Positions 12,717-24,663 of a stretch of 64,000 nt of DNA are shown piece after piece. The position numbers and the translations under genes are program-made. Within the stretch, counting starts at the first letter, position 1. Every line of letters starts with the position of its first letter. The stretch comes from Octopus sinensis (taxonomy: Eukaryota), in the NCBI RefSeq assembly GCF_006345805.1, contig NC_043003.1, forward strand, positions 61,008,001-61,072,000, read 5' to 3'. Under the pieces are notes generated by a model that worked only from the letters and a program-made list of their open reading frames with translations, had not been told where the DNA came from and searched no databases.

Positions 12717-12720
12717 ATAA

Positions 12721-13258
12721 ATGCCCTGATGCAGTACCAAGCAGTGGCTCTCATCTGATCTTAACTGATTGGAAGTGTTATCATGCACATTGTTTTGTCT
12801 TGATATAGAAGATGGGCTACAGCAAATATTCTGCTCAATACCACAGATTTGCTTGTCAGTTGCTTGATCTTAACCAGTTGAGCATGTCACTTGGTGGCTG
12901 ATGATATGTGCATCTCTGATCACAAGTAGAAGTAGTGGGGGAGCATCATATCCATGTGTTGAGAGGAATTCTTTGGGGTTTGGATACATGGATGTTTCGT
13001 TCGTCATCCATAAACAAACCTTATTCAGGGTCCTTTTGAGCGGGATAGGTTACTCGACCAGAAGAAAATTCTACCTGGGCCTCACCTGCAAGGTCATGTG
13101 CTGTTTATCTTGATATGATATCACCATGTCACGCCTATATGGTTGTGATGTATGTGCCTGGTGTACCCTTATCAGACGGGTAGTCATGATGGGTATACTG
13201 GGCTTCGTATATTTTACTCCAGTGTCACTTTGATGGAATGCACTGCTCTCTCACTCAA
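12721..13258. mobile_element. About 540-bp interspersed repeat embedded in (TAG)n/(TAA)n, copy 1
   Basis: Aligns with 13442-13835; non-coding; both ends abut trinucleotide tracts. Confidence 0.8.
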
Positions 13259-13353
<95 letters not shown>

Positions 13354-13368
13354 TAATAATAATAATAA

Positions 13369-13415
<47 letters not shown>

Positions 13416-13440
13416 ATGATAATGATGATAAATAATAATA
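13259..13440. repeat. (AAT)n then (AGA)n microsatellite
   Basis: Direct read. Confidence 0.95.
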
Positions 13441-13441
13441 A

Positions 13442-13835
13442 ATGCCTCGATGCAGTACTAGGCAGTGGCTCTCATGGCTTTTGAACTTAACTGACTGGAG
13501 GTGTCATCATATACATCTTTTATCCTAGAAGATGGGCTAAAGCAAATATTCTGCTCAATACTACAGATTTGCTCGTCAGCTCCTTGACCATAACCAGTTG
13601 CGCATGTCCCTCAGTGACTGACGATATGTGCATCTCTAATCACGAGCAGAGGTAGTGGGGAAGCATCATGGCCATGTGTTGAGAAGAATTCTTTGGAGTC
13701 TGAATTATTGACCTTTAAAAACATGAGTGTTTCGTTCAACCTCCTTAAACAACCCTTATTCGGGGACCTTTTGAGGGGGTTGGGCTAATCGACCTGAAGA
13801 AACTTCTAACTGGGCCCCACGTGCAAGGTCATGCT
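13442..13835. mobile_element. Copy 2 (truncated) of the 540-bp repeat
   Basis: atgcctcgatgcagtactaggcagtggctctcat...gcaaggtcatgc matches 12721-13100. Confidence 0.8.
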
Positions 13836-13934
13836 TATTTTGAACAAACGGACGAAATGCCACTAAGCATTTTGCTCGGCATTCTAACTTAACAACAACA
13901 ACAACAACAATAATAATAATAATAATAATAATAA

Positions 13935-14480
13935 CTTCACCATTCAACTGACAGAAAGATAGATGCAAATAGGCCAGACATCATATTGAAAGACTTCAGA
14001 CAAAGAACATGCCTCCTCATTGATATGACTGTCCCAATCGATATAAACGTATCTGTCAAGACCTACCAAAAACTGAGCAAATATAAAGATCTTGAAATAG
14101 TAATCAGCAAAATGTGGAACCTGAAGACTAAAACAATACCTGTTGTCATAGGTGCCCTGGGAATAATAGCGAAAGGGGCTGATAGCTACCTAACTTAGAT
14201 ACCAGGAAACCCCAAAATGGCAGAAATTCAAAAGATAGTGCCCATGGGAACTGCTCATATCCTACGCAAAATACTCTCTATGTAATCCCAAGGTTTAAAA
14301 CAAACTTTTTTTTTTAAATTTATGTATTAGACATTCACTAGTACAACACCAAAAAAAAAACCCAAATATATGGCACACTAGGCATAACAACAACGTGAAC
14401 TTCCAACGTGTTGTCTCTTGAGGTCTCTGGGTGAGACTTGGAGCCAACTTGTACAGACATAAAGCAAAAGTCAAACATAG
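13935..14480 (+). mobile_element. R4/Dong-like non-LTR retrotransposon 3' fragment (restriction-like endonuclease domain) between (TAA)n tracts
   Basis: TDRKIDANRPDIILKD...CLLIDMTVP...KLSKYKDLEI..MWNLKT..IPVVIGALG; one in-frame stop; ends ILSM* at 14285. Confidence 0.85.
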
Positions 14481-14488
14481 AATAATAA

Positions 14489-14547
<59 letters not shown>

Positions 14548-14565
14548 CAACAACAACAACAGCCA
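14480..14565. repeat. (TAA)n(CAA)n microsatellite
   Basis: Direct read. Confidence 0.95.
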
Positions 14566-15277
14566 CAACCTCTCGAAGTGATACACAAAGAAAAAAAGTG
14601 TAGAATGAGAGAGACAAGTTGAACATTGATGTTTTCCCAGATTCAAATCATATTACATTAAATGTTTATAGATATTAACTCTCAATACCGAAGTACATTT
14701 TCTTGAAATCGTAACTGTTATCTACAATTACTATTTTGACCATTCGTTGTCGCACTGCTTCCATTAGAGGTTTAACTGATTACTTCCATGCAAATTAGGT
14801 AAATTTTCTAATTAATTTTAGCTTGTAGAATTAAGATCTCTCCACAAGGATTATGTATACAGGGTGACCCAAAAGAAGATTTACAGTCATTCAACTATCT
14901 CTTTCAACTCATACATTGGTAGTTTAGATCTTAATTATAATAAAAACCATTATTCTATGCTAATTTAGTTAATTGTAAGATAGAAATTTAAATGTAATAA
15001 AATGTTTTAAAAGAAATTTAAAGTGCCTACGTGATAACTGTAAAATGTGAGGTCTTCCCGTAAAGAAGGATTAGGTTTCTACTATCTACAAAGCTCCATC
15101 GTTGAAATGTAGATAACAAATTCACATTTTCAACCTGAGAAAAGCCTTACATATTTTTACTGTTCGGCTTACTGATTATATTTGTAATATGCGTCTTAGC
15201 TGGTTGATTTCATCTTCTGAAAACCGTATCTGTTTCATATTGTTCACTTAGGCATTTACTCACAAAATCGTGATCAA

Positions 15278-15278
15278 C

Positions 15279-15368
<90 letters not shown>

Positions 15369-15375
15369 AGTAGTA
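15278..15375. repeat. (TAT)n(TAG)n microsatellite
   Basis: Direct read. Confidence 0.95.
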
Positions 15376-15971
15376 TAAATGTGAGTTTATAATCTTGCTA
15401 TAGAAGCTAATGATACCGAAGTGGCTGTCCCTAGTTATGTATGTATATATGTATGTATGTATGTATTATGTATGTATGTATGCATGTATTATGTATGTTT
15501 GCATGTATATATGTAGGTTGGAAGGTTGATAGGTAGCAGTTTACTACTTTAAGTTCAGTATAGTGAAATCTAGAAACTTGCGTTTCGTTTTACTTATGTG
15601 AGACAAAATACTTCCCTTTCTATGTTCTCTTCAGAATTTATGGAATACTACTATAACTGACATAACAATATCTAACTACTAATTATGTTGAGGATATTAT
15701 TGCAAAATGTATGCCATGTAAGAGAACAATGACTGCTAATTTATCTTCACTGCCATAAGATGCATGATAATGTACTAACAGAAAATTGAGCCTTTCATTC
15801 TGAATGGAACTTAATTTTAATATGTAATCAAGCATTCGATCAATAAGCTTTGATATATTTATATGTAACTACCATGTGAAACAAAATGTCTTTTCTAAAT
15901 AAAAACATAGATTGTTAGATTAATATCAGTGTGCGATATTCGAGTCATTTTTGTATGCATTATCGGTAAGC

Positions 15972-16062
15972 GAAGTTAGGATTTAAGGTTAGAATTCAGG
16001 ATTATGGTTAGGAGTTAAGGTTTAGGCTTAAGATTTAGGTTCAGGATTAGGGATAGGATAAA
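15972..16062 (+). repeat. Degenerate TTAGGG-like hexamer tract
   Basis: gttaggatttaaggttag...ggttaggagttaaggtttagg...ttaggg. Confidence 0.55.
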
Positions 16063-16741
16063 GCAAAGTAAATTGGCAGCAACCAAAATTCATAAACATA
16101 AGCTTAGCTCACCAATATCTACGCTTATCTTTGCGTCGTATTCAGTATGCTTTTATTGAACACCAAAATTCGTACGATTGCATGTTTAAATAAGTTGATT
16201 ATAAAATAAGTCGCTCAAACAACTACGAATTTGATAATCGGAATGTTTAATGGTATTTCTCCTGATTCCTTACGTTCTGACTAAAAATCCTGTCGAAGTC
16301 AACTTTGCCTTTATCCTCACGATATCGATAAAATAAAGCAGCAGCTATGCACTTGGGAACAATATTTCTGATCCAGTATCCCTTAAGTCCATTTCTATCT
16401 GTGCATGCATAAGAGCACATTATGTTTACTAATGTAAAGTTACTAATTTTATGGACTGTTTCTAACTTTCTTCTGTAAATTCCAAGACTTTTCACTTCAC
16501 ACCTAATGTTCACGTCCCCCCCCCACCACCAAATTATTAATAAAGCATATACGAACATATGCAGCACTATGCTGTGAATTCTTTGAAATTAATTTTGAAG
16601 TCTTATTTCTGTTCCATATTCTTCTGATAGTTCACGTTTCTTCAGGATTATCTCAGATAAAATGTTCTTTTCATTAGCTCTTCTCAAGATCATACATGGA
16701 CTACCATGTTTTCATGGTAGTCCCTTTCTCTTTATTCAATA

Positions 16742-17520
16742 CTAGCAGCATAGCCCGGCGTTGCCCGGGTATGTAAGAAACTTTGTCGATAAGCAATGCA
16801 CTTTACCATTTTACCCTTTTTTGTACTTATTGAACCGTTATTTTGTAAAATGAAGTCTAGAAGGCATTAAGGCATTCAAGGCACCGTTCCCTTGCATGCA
16901 TGAAGAAGTAGGGAAAATCTATGTGAACTTTCAAAAAATATCGCAGAAAAATCGGTTTGCTATGTGTGCCACATATGATGTAATTAACCGATTTTTTCCA
17001 GTAATAACGTGTCCTATTGGAATCAAAAGGGCCATATAGCTCCTTGGAGCAGACATGATGCTCGCTGTGAATTTTAAAAAAAATTCCTGCCAATTTGTTA
17101 AAGATATTGTCGAAAATATGTCATCTTGAATTTGAACGCGATTTCCCAAAATGGCATGATTTTATCGATTTTTTTCTGATGGTAATGTATTGCATGGAGA
17201 TCTAATGTCAGAATTAAGTTCCTTAGGGTAACATTAAGCTTCACCATGAGTTTGGTGAAAATCGATTGCAAGTTGCGAAAACTACAACGGAAAATGTGTT
17301 GCAAATGATAAGTTTAGATTCTCGACCCCATGTCGAATTTATCTTTTCTTTTTCAGAACTGAGGAAACTTTTCAAAATTTTCGCTGCGTTAGTTTTTAAT
17401 TATGACATTGGGATATGTGTGTGTCAAGTTTAATCAGAATCGGTTGAAAGCCGTGGTCAGGGTGAGGGTACAACCTGACTGACACACAGACAGACAAACT
17501 GCCTTTTATATAGAGAGAGA
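16742..17520 (-). mobile_element. Non-autonomous Helitron
   Basis: Minus strand A|TC start at 17520, subterminal hairpin cccgggcaacgccggg, CTAG|T end at 16742, no TSD. Confidence 0.85.
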
Positions 17521-17919
17521 TAGATTATGCATGTAAGTATGAAGTTTTAAAATTCCCACGTGTTTGTCATTGGCATGTCGTTGGCAAGCTTTCCAAACAT
17601 GACAAGCTAGTCTTTTTAAAAGAGATCCAACCACATTCCCCAGTCTCATTTAAGAGTGTTGCAACTTTGATAATCCCACGTGAGAATCTCGTTTAAATAT
17701 TCGTGAATAAGTCACTATCTGAAATAAGTGGATCTATTGTTGAAGAAAATACTATTTACTTGTTTAAGGGTTGTACTGGATAAATTACGAAAATATCTTA
17801 AACAGTCCAAATACTAAGAAATAAGCATGCTCAATTTGATTTATACCAAATAATATAGGAAAATGAATGGGTTATTTCCCTTGACTGTTAAAATAAAATG
17901 TATTAGTTATATGTAAGTA

Positions 17920-18104
17920 TCCCTTCCGGGAACCCTATTATAGATATATTTTCAACAATCTGAGTATGACATGAGGTTTCCAGACATGAGTTCTACTCAC
18001 GCGTCAAGTTTCATCAAAATCAATAAAACGCTGTAGGAGAAGTTAGCTAACAACTCCGCAAACAAACACACCTACAGGCATAATTTTCCCCATATGTAGT
18101 AGAT
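17920..18104 (-). mobile_element. Helitron-like 5' fragment
   Basis: caagtttcatcaaaatc...gtaggagaagttag...atatgtagtagat resembles the 5' end of 16742-17520. Confidence 0.4.
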
Positions 18105-18875
18105 GAGTGTATATATGTTCTAACGTGTCTCTACTGCTGTTATTCAATACATTACAAAAAGTTACATTCCCAGTCAATACAAATTCCGTTTGAAATTTCA
18201 TTATCGAATGAAAAGTGATCCAAGGAAATTCTGATATTTTGTTGTAATTTTTTATACGATTTTGTCCTAAACACGGTTTGAGGTATAAGAGATCACAAAG
18301 AATGAAAAGAAAACTCCTGGGTCTTCATGCTATGTCCATTGACAAAAATCTTAAAGGACTGTATATTATAGAGCAGCTGAAAACAAGACGATAGTAATGA
18401 GTTTCTAATAGCTTCACGGAAAAAGCTATTAGAATAAAAAGACTTATCACTTACAGGAGCCTCAACAGAGTAATGATGCACCCGAGAAATAATACCAACG
18501 TTTCTTTCAGTTTGCTAAGTGCGATTTTCCTATGGAATCATTAATTAAGTAATACTCCTGAATACAATTCTCAGAATGAATAACTTACGTCAACTCAAAC
18601 TGAGTTATCTGGTTTAATTACGAAAATTAAGAAAACTCAGCCGAAGAAATTGCTCGACATTTTAGAAGGAATAGCCAATTATCTCTCGTACCATATCCTA
18701 CTGTTAACTCAAAATTTCGTCTCTATCTGTTTTACAAAATATTATTTAAAATATAAAACAAGGGTGCATTAGGTAATGCATACCTGCCCATCCCTAAAAA
18801 TATGGGGATGACCCTTTCGATCGTATATCTACATAACCAGGGTTAACCCGAAGCTAAATAACAGCAACGAAAGAC

Positions 18876-19455
18876 AGCGAGCTGGCAGAAACGTTAGAAG
18901 GTCGGGAGAAATGTTTAGCGGTATTTCATCTGTCTTTACGTTATGAGTTCAAATTCCGCCGAGGTCGACTTTACCTTTCATCCTTTCGGGCCGAGAAATC
19001 AAGTACCAGTTACGCACTGGGGTCGATATAATCGACTTAATCCGCTTGTCTGTCCTTGTTTGCCCCCTCTGTGTTTAACCCCTTGTGGATAGTAAAAAAA
19101 TAGGTATTTCGTCTGCCACTACGTTCTCAGTTCAAATTCCGCCGAGGTCGACTTTGCCTTTCATCCTTTCGGGGTCGATTAAATAAGTACCAGTTACGCA
19201 CTGGGGTCGATCTAATCGACTTAATCCGTTTGTCTGTTCTTGTTTGTCCTCTCTGTGTTTAGCTCGTTGTGGGTAGTAAAGAAATAGGTATTTCATCTGT
19301 CGTTACGTTCTGAGTTCAAATTCCGCCGAGGTCGGATTTGCCTTTCATCCTTTCGGGGTCGATAAATTAAGCACCAGTTGCGTACTGGGGTCGATCTAAT
19401 CGACTGCCCCCCTTCCCAAAAATTCCGGGCCCTGTGTGCCTAGTGTAGGAAAAAA
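18876..19455 (+). mobile_element. SINE B with three tandem bodies of about 185 bp
   Basis: One head, three ttcaaattccgccgagg B-box units, recurring junction aaatag|gtatttc. Confidence 0.92.
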
Positions 19456-19673
19456 TAAATAAATAACAGCAACAATATCTGAAATCTGAAGTAGAACAAT
19501 TAGCTCACGATGCCTATTCTGTAACCTTATTTAAGTTATTTCTGTAAATGCTACTATGATTTTTGATTTTAAGTGAATTGTAGCAAATTTAGCTTGTTTT
19601 TGAAATACGAACATTCTGATATAAATAACTCGCGAACATAAGTATTTGCGTAACAATTTATGAAGGAAATATA

Positions 19674-20100
19674 GGCACAGGAGTGGCTGTGTTGTAAGTA
19701 GCTTGCTTACGAACCACATGGTTCCGGGTTCAGTCCCATTGCATGGCACCTTGAGCAAGTGTTTTCTGCTATAGCCTCGGGCCGACCAAAGCCTTGTGAG
19801 TGGATTTGGTAGACGGAAACTGAAAGAAGCCCGTCGTATATATGTACATGTATATATATATATTTGTGTGTGTGTGTGTGTGTTTGTGTGTTTGTGTTTG
19901 TCCCCCCAACATCGCTTGACAACCGATGCTGGTTTGTTTACGTCCCCGTAACTTAGTAGTTCGGCAAAAGGGACCGATAGAATAATTACTAGGCTTACAA
20001 AGAATAAGTCCTGGGTTGGATTCACTCAACTAAAGGCGGTGCTCCAGCATGGTTGCAGTCAAATGACTGAAACAACTAAAAGAGTAAAAAGAGTAAAGAG
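19674..20100 (+). mobile_element. Full-length SINE A (tRNA head, ccttgagcaagtg core, internal TA/TG tract, (AAAGAGT)n tail)
   Basis: Matches at least nine other copies in the window. Confidence 0.92.
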
Positions 20101-21383
20101 TATCTTTTAGCAGAACATCGTAGTCTGCAATTGCAATGTGCAACGGCATACTAATTTTTGTCCGAAATAACATATATTAAAATAATTTCAAAATTAATTA
20201 TTAAATTCGTTAGATATGTGTTCAGTAGAGAGTAAAAGGTTAGCTTAGAATTTCTCATATATTTTGTGCTGTACAGTATATTTTAAATAATATTTTGTAA
20301 AGCACATAGAAACGAAATTTGCGTTAGAGAGAAAGTTAACTCAATTCGAAACGCCAACATTAGATAACTTATTCAATCTATTTTAGCTGCTCCAAATTGA
20401 TAGACTTCATCCATCACTATATCGCAAGCCATCCGTAACAAACTATGAATACAAATTCTGGTGACGTTTATTAAAGCTCCATTCTATCATGTACATTCAA
20501 TATTTTATCTTCTCACTTAGGTATACTGCTTTAGAAACTCAACACAAATTCAATATTCATTGACACTGTTTTATTTTAACAGATTTGTTACATTTCTGAT
20601 ATTTCTGATATTTGCAGATCAAGATGAGCAGGCTTGTTACATTACAAGAATATTTCATTTCATTATCCGTAATTTATATAAACAGACACACCAGAGTCTT
20701 CCCTTCGTTGTAGCCTGTTATCAGGGAATTAGATACATGTGAACTTCCGACACCCTGCTAACATAATAAGTTTCACGTTGATAACAAAGAAACAGCCTGA
20801 ACGCCCGAACGCCGGCACACAACAAGCTAATTACCAAAGAATTCATGAAATACAAAACTTCGCTGAAATAATTAACTATGGACAGAGAACTAATTAAAAC
20901 TACTTTTATAAAACCACCTCAAAACGCTAAAGGTCAATTGATTAATTTTTCACTTTCTTTGGATGATATTTAACAGAAGGGTTTCTTCTATTATCTTTTT
21001 CAATTTTAAATGTTTTATTTCTTTACTTTATTATTTTTTTATTTTTGTGTTTGTTTCAACGAAACCTTTCTTATGACTTTTACGGTCATGACGAAGCAAC
21101 GCATTCAAGAATGAATTTTAGCCGATCATATTCAATCTGTACTTATTAATCGAAAGGTTAACTTAACATCTGACACAACAGGACTCAACCTACGTACCGA
21201 CTTACAGAGGTTTACACATTAAAGACAGAGAAACAAGCAAAACACAAAACAAACATACATACACATGCATACACGCGCATACATATATTATTCAATAACA
21301 GGTTGACTCAGCTCTGTGCAATTTAAAGTTTCTCAGACTGGTACAATGAACCTGAGTATCTGGAGATAGAGTGGCACAGGATA

Positions 21384-21448
<65 letters not shown>

Positions 21449-21451
<3 letters not shown>

Positions 21452-22330
21452 CGTAGTCTGATTAATAAGTATCCGGACTGTTGCCATGGTAACAAAGCTA
21501 AAGCACGCAGAGTAAAGCCACTTGGCACAGATTAGCCTTGAATACTGTTGTCCATGTGTAATAAGTTTTACCGTTCTACCTCACTTCTACTATTTATAGC
21601 ATTGCTTTGCAGAAACGTGTATCGCGTGTGATCACCACATTGACCACGATAGTAAAAGTTGAGCAGAGAATCTGCATCAAATTTTGCCAAAAGCTTGTCA
21701 ATACCTGTTCAGAGACATACGCAAAGTTTTCAAAGCAAAGTTTTCATCTTTCTTGACACAATCAAAGACGTCTTGTGCAACTGAATCCTGTCTTTGGTCA
21801 GCTGAAGCAATTTTGGTACAAACTTGACAGACACGCGTCTCATATCCAAATCTCCAGTGATAAGGGACTAAACTCAAGCGTAACTAATCTGCACTTCCCC
21901 TGATAACTCACGGATGGTAATTCGACGAAATCTCCACACAGCTGCACGCATATCTACGATGTTTTTCTCAGTTCTGCGGGTTGCGTATCTCCCAGAACGT
22001 TCGTCAGTATCGACATCTTTTCGGCCTTCCTAGAAACGTTTGAACCATTTGTACACTTATGCGCGGCTCATACACTCCTCTCCATATACTTTGTGCAACT
22101 TTGTGTAGGCCTCTGAGCAGGTATCGCCATGACAGCTTCTTCTATCACGGTCATTGCGACGATCACGCGCTGCAGAGTCCCTTCCAAGCATTCTCGTAAA
22201 AAGCAGAAGTGAGCTAGAACATTAAAATTTAGTGCGCATGCACAACAGAGTGCAAGGTAAATCTGTGCCAAGTGGCTTCATACTTCGTGCTTTAGCTCCG
22301 TTACTATGTTAACAGTCCGGATACTTATTG
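21449..22330. mobile_element. Mariner derivative made of two left (5') ends in inverted orientation
   Basis: TIR-like aataagtatccggactgtt at both ends. Plus strand KVEQRICIKFCQKL..TCSETY; minus strand GDTCSEAY..VYGEECMSR...ERSGR...RITIREL...RRVS.KFVPKLL. Confidence 0.85.
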
Positions 22331-22426
22331 TGTATATATATATATGAACAATTACAGCGTGGAAGGTGTTTATAAGCCATTTCAGAAATACAAAACCATT
22401 AGATTCACTTCAACATTTAAATTTAA

Positions 22427-22477
22427 TTTGTCAAAATATTTTCGTCGCTTTCAGACCGCGACCTGTTCACTGACAAA
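22427..22477 (-). ncRNA. Hammerhead ribozyme, G3-C8 core variant (left arm)
   Basis: TTTGTCA-GTGAACA-G-GTCGC ggtctgaaa GCGAC-GAA-AATATT-T-TGACAAA. Confidence 0.68.
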
Positions 22478-22504
22478 ATTCTGTGCTGCATCCGAGCACA
22501 GAAT

Positions 22505-22555
22505 TTAGTCAGTGAACAGGTCGCAGTCTCAAAGCGACGAAAATATTTTGACAAA
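22505..22555 (+). ncRNA. Hammerhead ribozyme, G3-C8 core variant (right arm)
   Basis: TTAGTCA-GTGAACA-G-GTCGC agtctcaaa GCGAC-GAA-AATATT-T-TGACAAA; one stem I mismatch. Confidence 0.65.
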
Positions 22556-22699
22556 TTGAATTTAAATGTTGAAGTGAGCCTAACGGTTTTTCTGTGTTTC
22601 TTAATATATATGGCTTATAAACACCTTCCACGCTGCAATTATTTTCGTTCCAGCACACGATCTCAGATCAGGTCACTTGCTATGCAAGTACATCTCCGT

Positions 22700-22708
22700 A
22701 ATATATAT

Positions 22709-22743
<35 letters not shown>

Positions 22744-22849
22744 GCATGTATGTATAATATATATATATATATATATATGCATGTATGTATATATATATAT
22801 ATGTATGTATATGTATATATATATATATGCATTATGTATATGTGTATAC

Positions 22850-22944
<95 letters not shown>

Positions 22945-23092
22945 CATATGTATATATATGTATAGTTTTATATATATATATGTATGTATATGTATATATA
23001 TGTATAGTTTTATATATATATGTATAGTTTTATATATATATATATGTATGTATATGTATATATATGTATAGTTTTATATATATATATATATG
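22700..23092. repeat. Compound TA/TATG microsatellite with higher-order gtatagtttt units
   Basis: Direct read. Confidence 0.9.
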
Positions 23093-23645
23093 TAGTTAAA
23101 ATTAATCCAGACATGAAAACACAAAGAGAAAACACAACAGCGCGAGAACGTCGAACAAGTATAGTATTATTGGATGCCCAGGAAAGAAGGAAAGAAGGAG
23201 GGTTTAACGTTTCGAACGTAGCTCTTCGTCAGAAATATAGGAAAAGGAAAGATCCAAAGAAGGGAAGACGGAGGAAATAAATCGCCAACGGTACACACGC
23301 GGTCACATTTTGAATGACCGGAAGGGAATGGCTGAATGTCTATGTAGGTGTAAGTGGAGGCGACACAAGTAGAAAAGTGAAAGTAGAAGAAGGAAGGTAA
23401 AAAGAGGACGAGGAAAAGGGGAAGAGTCACGGACAATGCATGTACGTGCTTATACATATAAAGGCAACAGATGAGATCCAGCAATGATCAATATAGAAAA
23501 ACTGTAGGACTCAAATGATTTTTCCTTCCACTGCGAAATCTTTACCGAGGGCCGCGTCCGTGTGGTTAAAGCAGGCTATAAGAGGAATTCAGCGGAGCGC
23601 AGATATGGAGACAATGATTCAAATAAACAATTGAAAACTCTTGTA
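23093..23645 (-). mobile_element. Degenerate PLE 3' end / pLTR
   Basis: Contains a hammerhead; bounded by TA-rich repeats; weak GIY-YIG C-terminal remnant (EGKII*VLQFF). Confidence 0.55.
23203..23235 (-). ncRNA. Minimal hammerhead ribozyme (CUGACGA core, extra A, AACGUU palindromic stem III)
   Basis: TTT-CTGACGA-A-GAGC tac GTTC-GAA-ACGT-T-AAA. Confidence 0.72.
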
Positions 23646-23810
23646 CCTGATATATGAAACATACATACACACGCGCGAGCACACATATATGTAAATAGAA
23701 AGGAAAAATAAACTGAGAATATTCAGATGATAAATGTTCATGTATAAATATATAGATATATATACATATATACGTATATACATGCCTATACATCTATAAC
23801 AACATTATAT

Positions 23811-23858
<48 letters not shown>

Positions 23859-23919
23859 TTATATATTATATATATATATATGATATACTTATTTAAAGCA
23901 GCAGAAAATTCAACAAAAC

Positions 23920-23957
23920 CTGTTACTCTGAGTTTCACGTTGCCGTTCATCGGACAG
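23920..23957 (-). ncRNA. Hammerhead ribozyme, U4C variant (left arm)
   Basis: Mirror image of 23971-24008. Confidence 0.72.
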
Positions 23958-23970
23958 TTTCTAGCAAAAA

Positions 23971-24008
23971 CTGTCCGATGAACGGCAACGTGAAACTCAG
24001 AGTAACAG
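23971..24008 (+). ncRNA. Hammerhead ribozyme, U4C variant (right arm)
   Basis: CTGT-CCGATGA-ACG gcaa CGT-GAA-ACTC a GAGT-A-ACAG; GUA site, GNRA loop II. Confidence 0.72.
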
Positions 24009-24111
24009 GTTTTGTTGAATTTTCTGCTGCTTTAAATAAAGCATATTACTCTACGACTGGTATTTGAGTACTCTTTTTCCACCTTGTTTCACATTTATGT
24101 GTTTACTCCGG

Positions 24112-24171
<60 letters not shown>

Positions 24172-24378
24172 GAGAGAGAGAGAAAAATAGATCATTATAC
24201 AACTAAAGTCCATGTACATTGATATTAATATTAGTATACATAGAAAACAGAAATGGCGCAGGTGCTTAAACTGATACATCGATGAAATATAATTTTATAT
24301 ATACATATCTAACGTTAGAGCCATACTGTGGTCATCAGACATGCTAGAAATAGAAGACAAATTTTCTTCATGTAATGC

Positions 24379-24594
24379 TCTTTTAGTCGTTTACTTGTTT
24401 CAGTCATTTGACTGCGGCCATGCTGGAACACCGCCTTTAGTCGAGCAAATCGACCCCAGGACTTACTCTTTATCAACCTAGTACTTATTCTATCGTTCTC
24501 TTTTGCCGAACCGCTAAGTTACGGGGACGTAAACACCAACATCGGTTGTCAAGTGATGTTGAGGGGACAAACACAGACACACAAGCATATACAC

Positions 24595-24663
<69 letters not shown>

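Larger units (their letters stand above)
22350..22700. mobile_element. Palindromic pLTR element with two head-to-head hammerheads, flanked by (TA)n
   Basis: 22350-22487 is inverted against 22495-22640; 7-nt spacer; longer right arm runs to 22700. Confidence 0.85.
23889..24112. mobile_element. Palindromic pLTR element, 72-bp perfect arms, 7-nt spacer, inserted in (TA)n
   Basis: 23889-23960 is the exact reverse complement of 23968-24039; right arm continues to 24112. Confidence 0.92.

Noticed and set aside
16247-16567. 106-aa ORF that looks protein-like
   Set aside because: Its C-terminal third is antisense SINE B; no splice support.
18876-19455. Regularly spaced repeats resembling a CRISPR array
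   Set aside because: Units are about 185-bp SINE bodies with no unique spacers; eukaryotic context, no cas genes.
20617-20742. Strong plus-strand acceptor followed by a short open frame
   Set aside because: No convincing donor or recognisable peptide.
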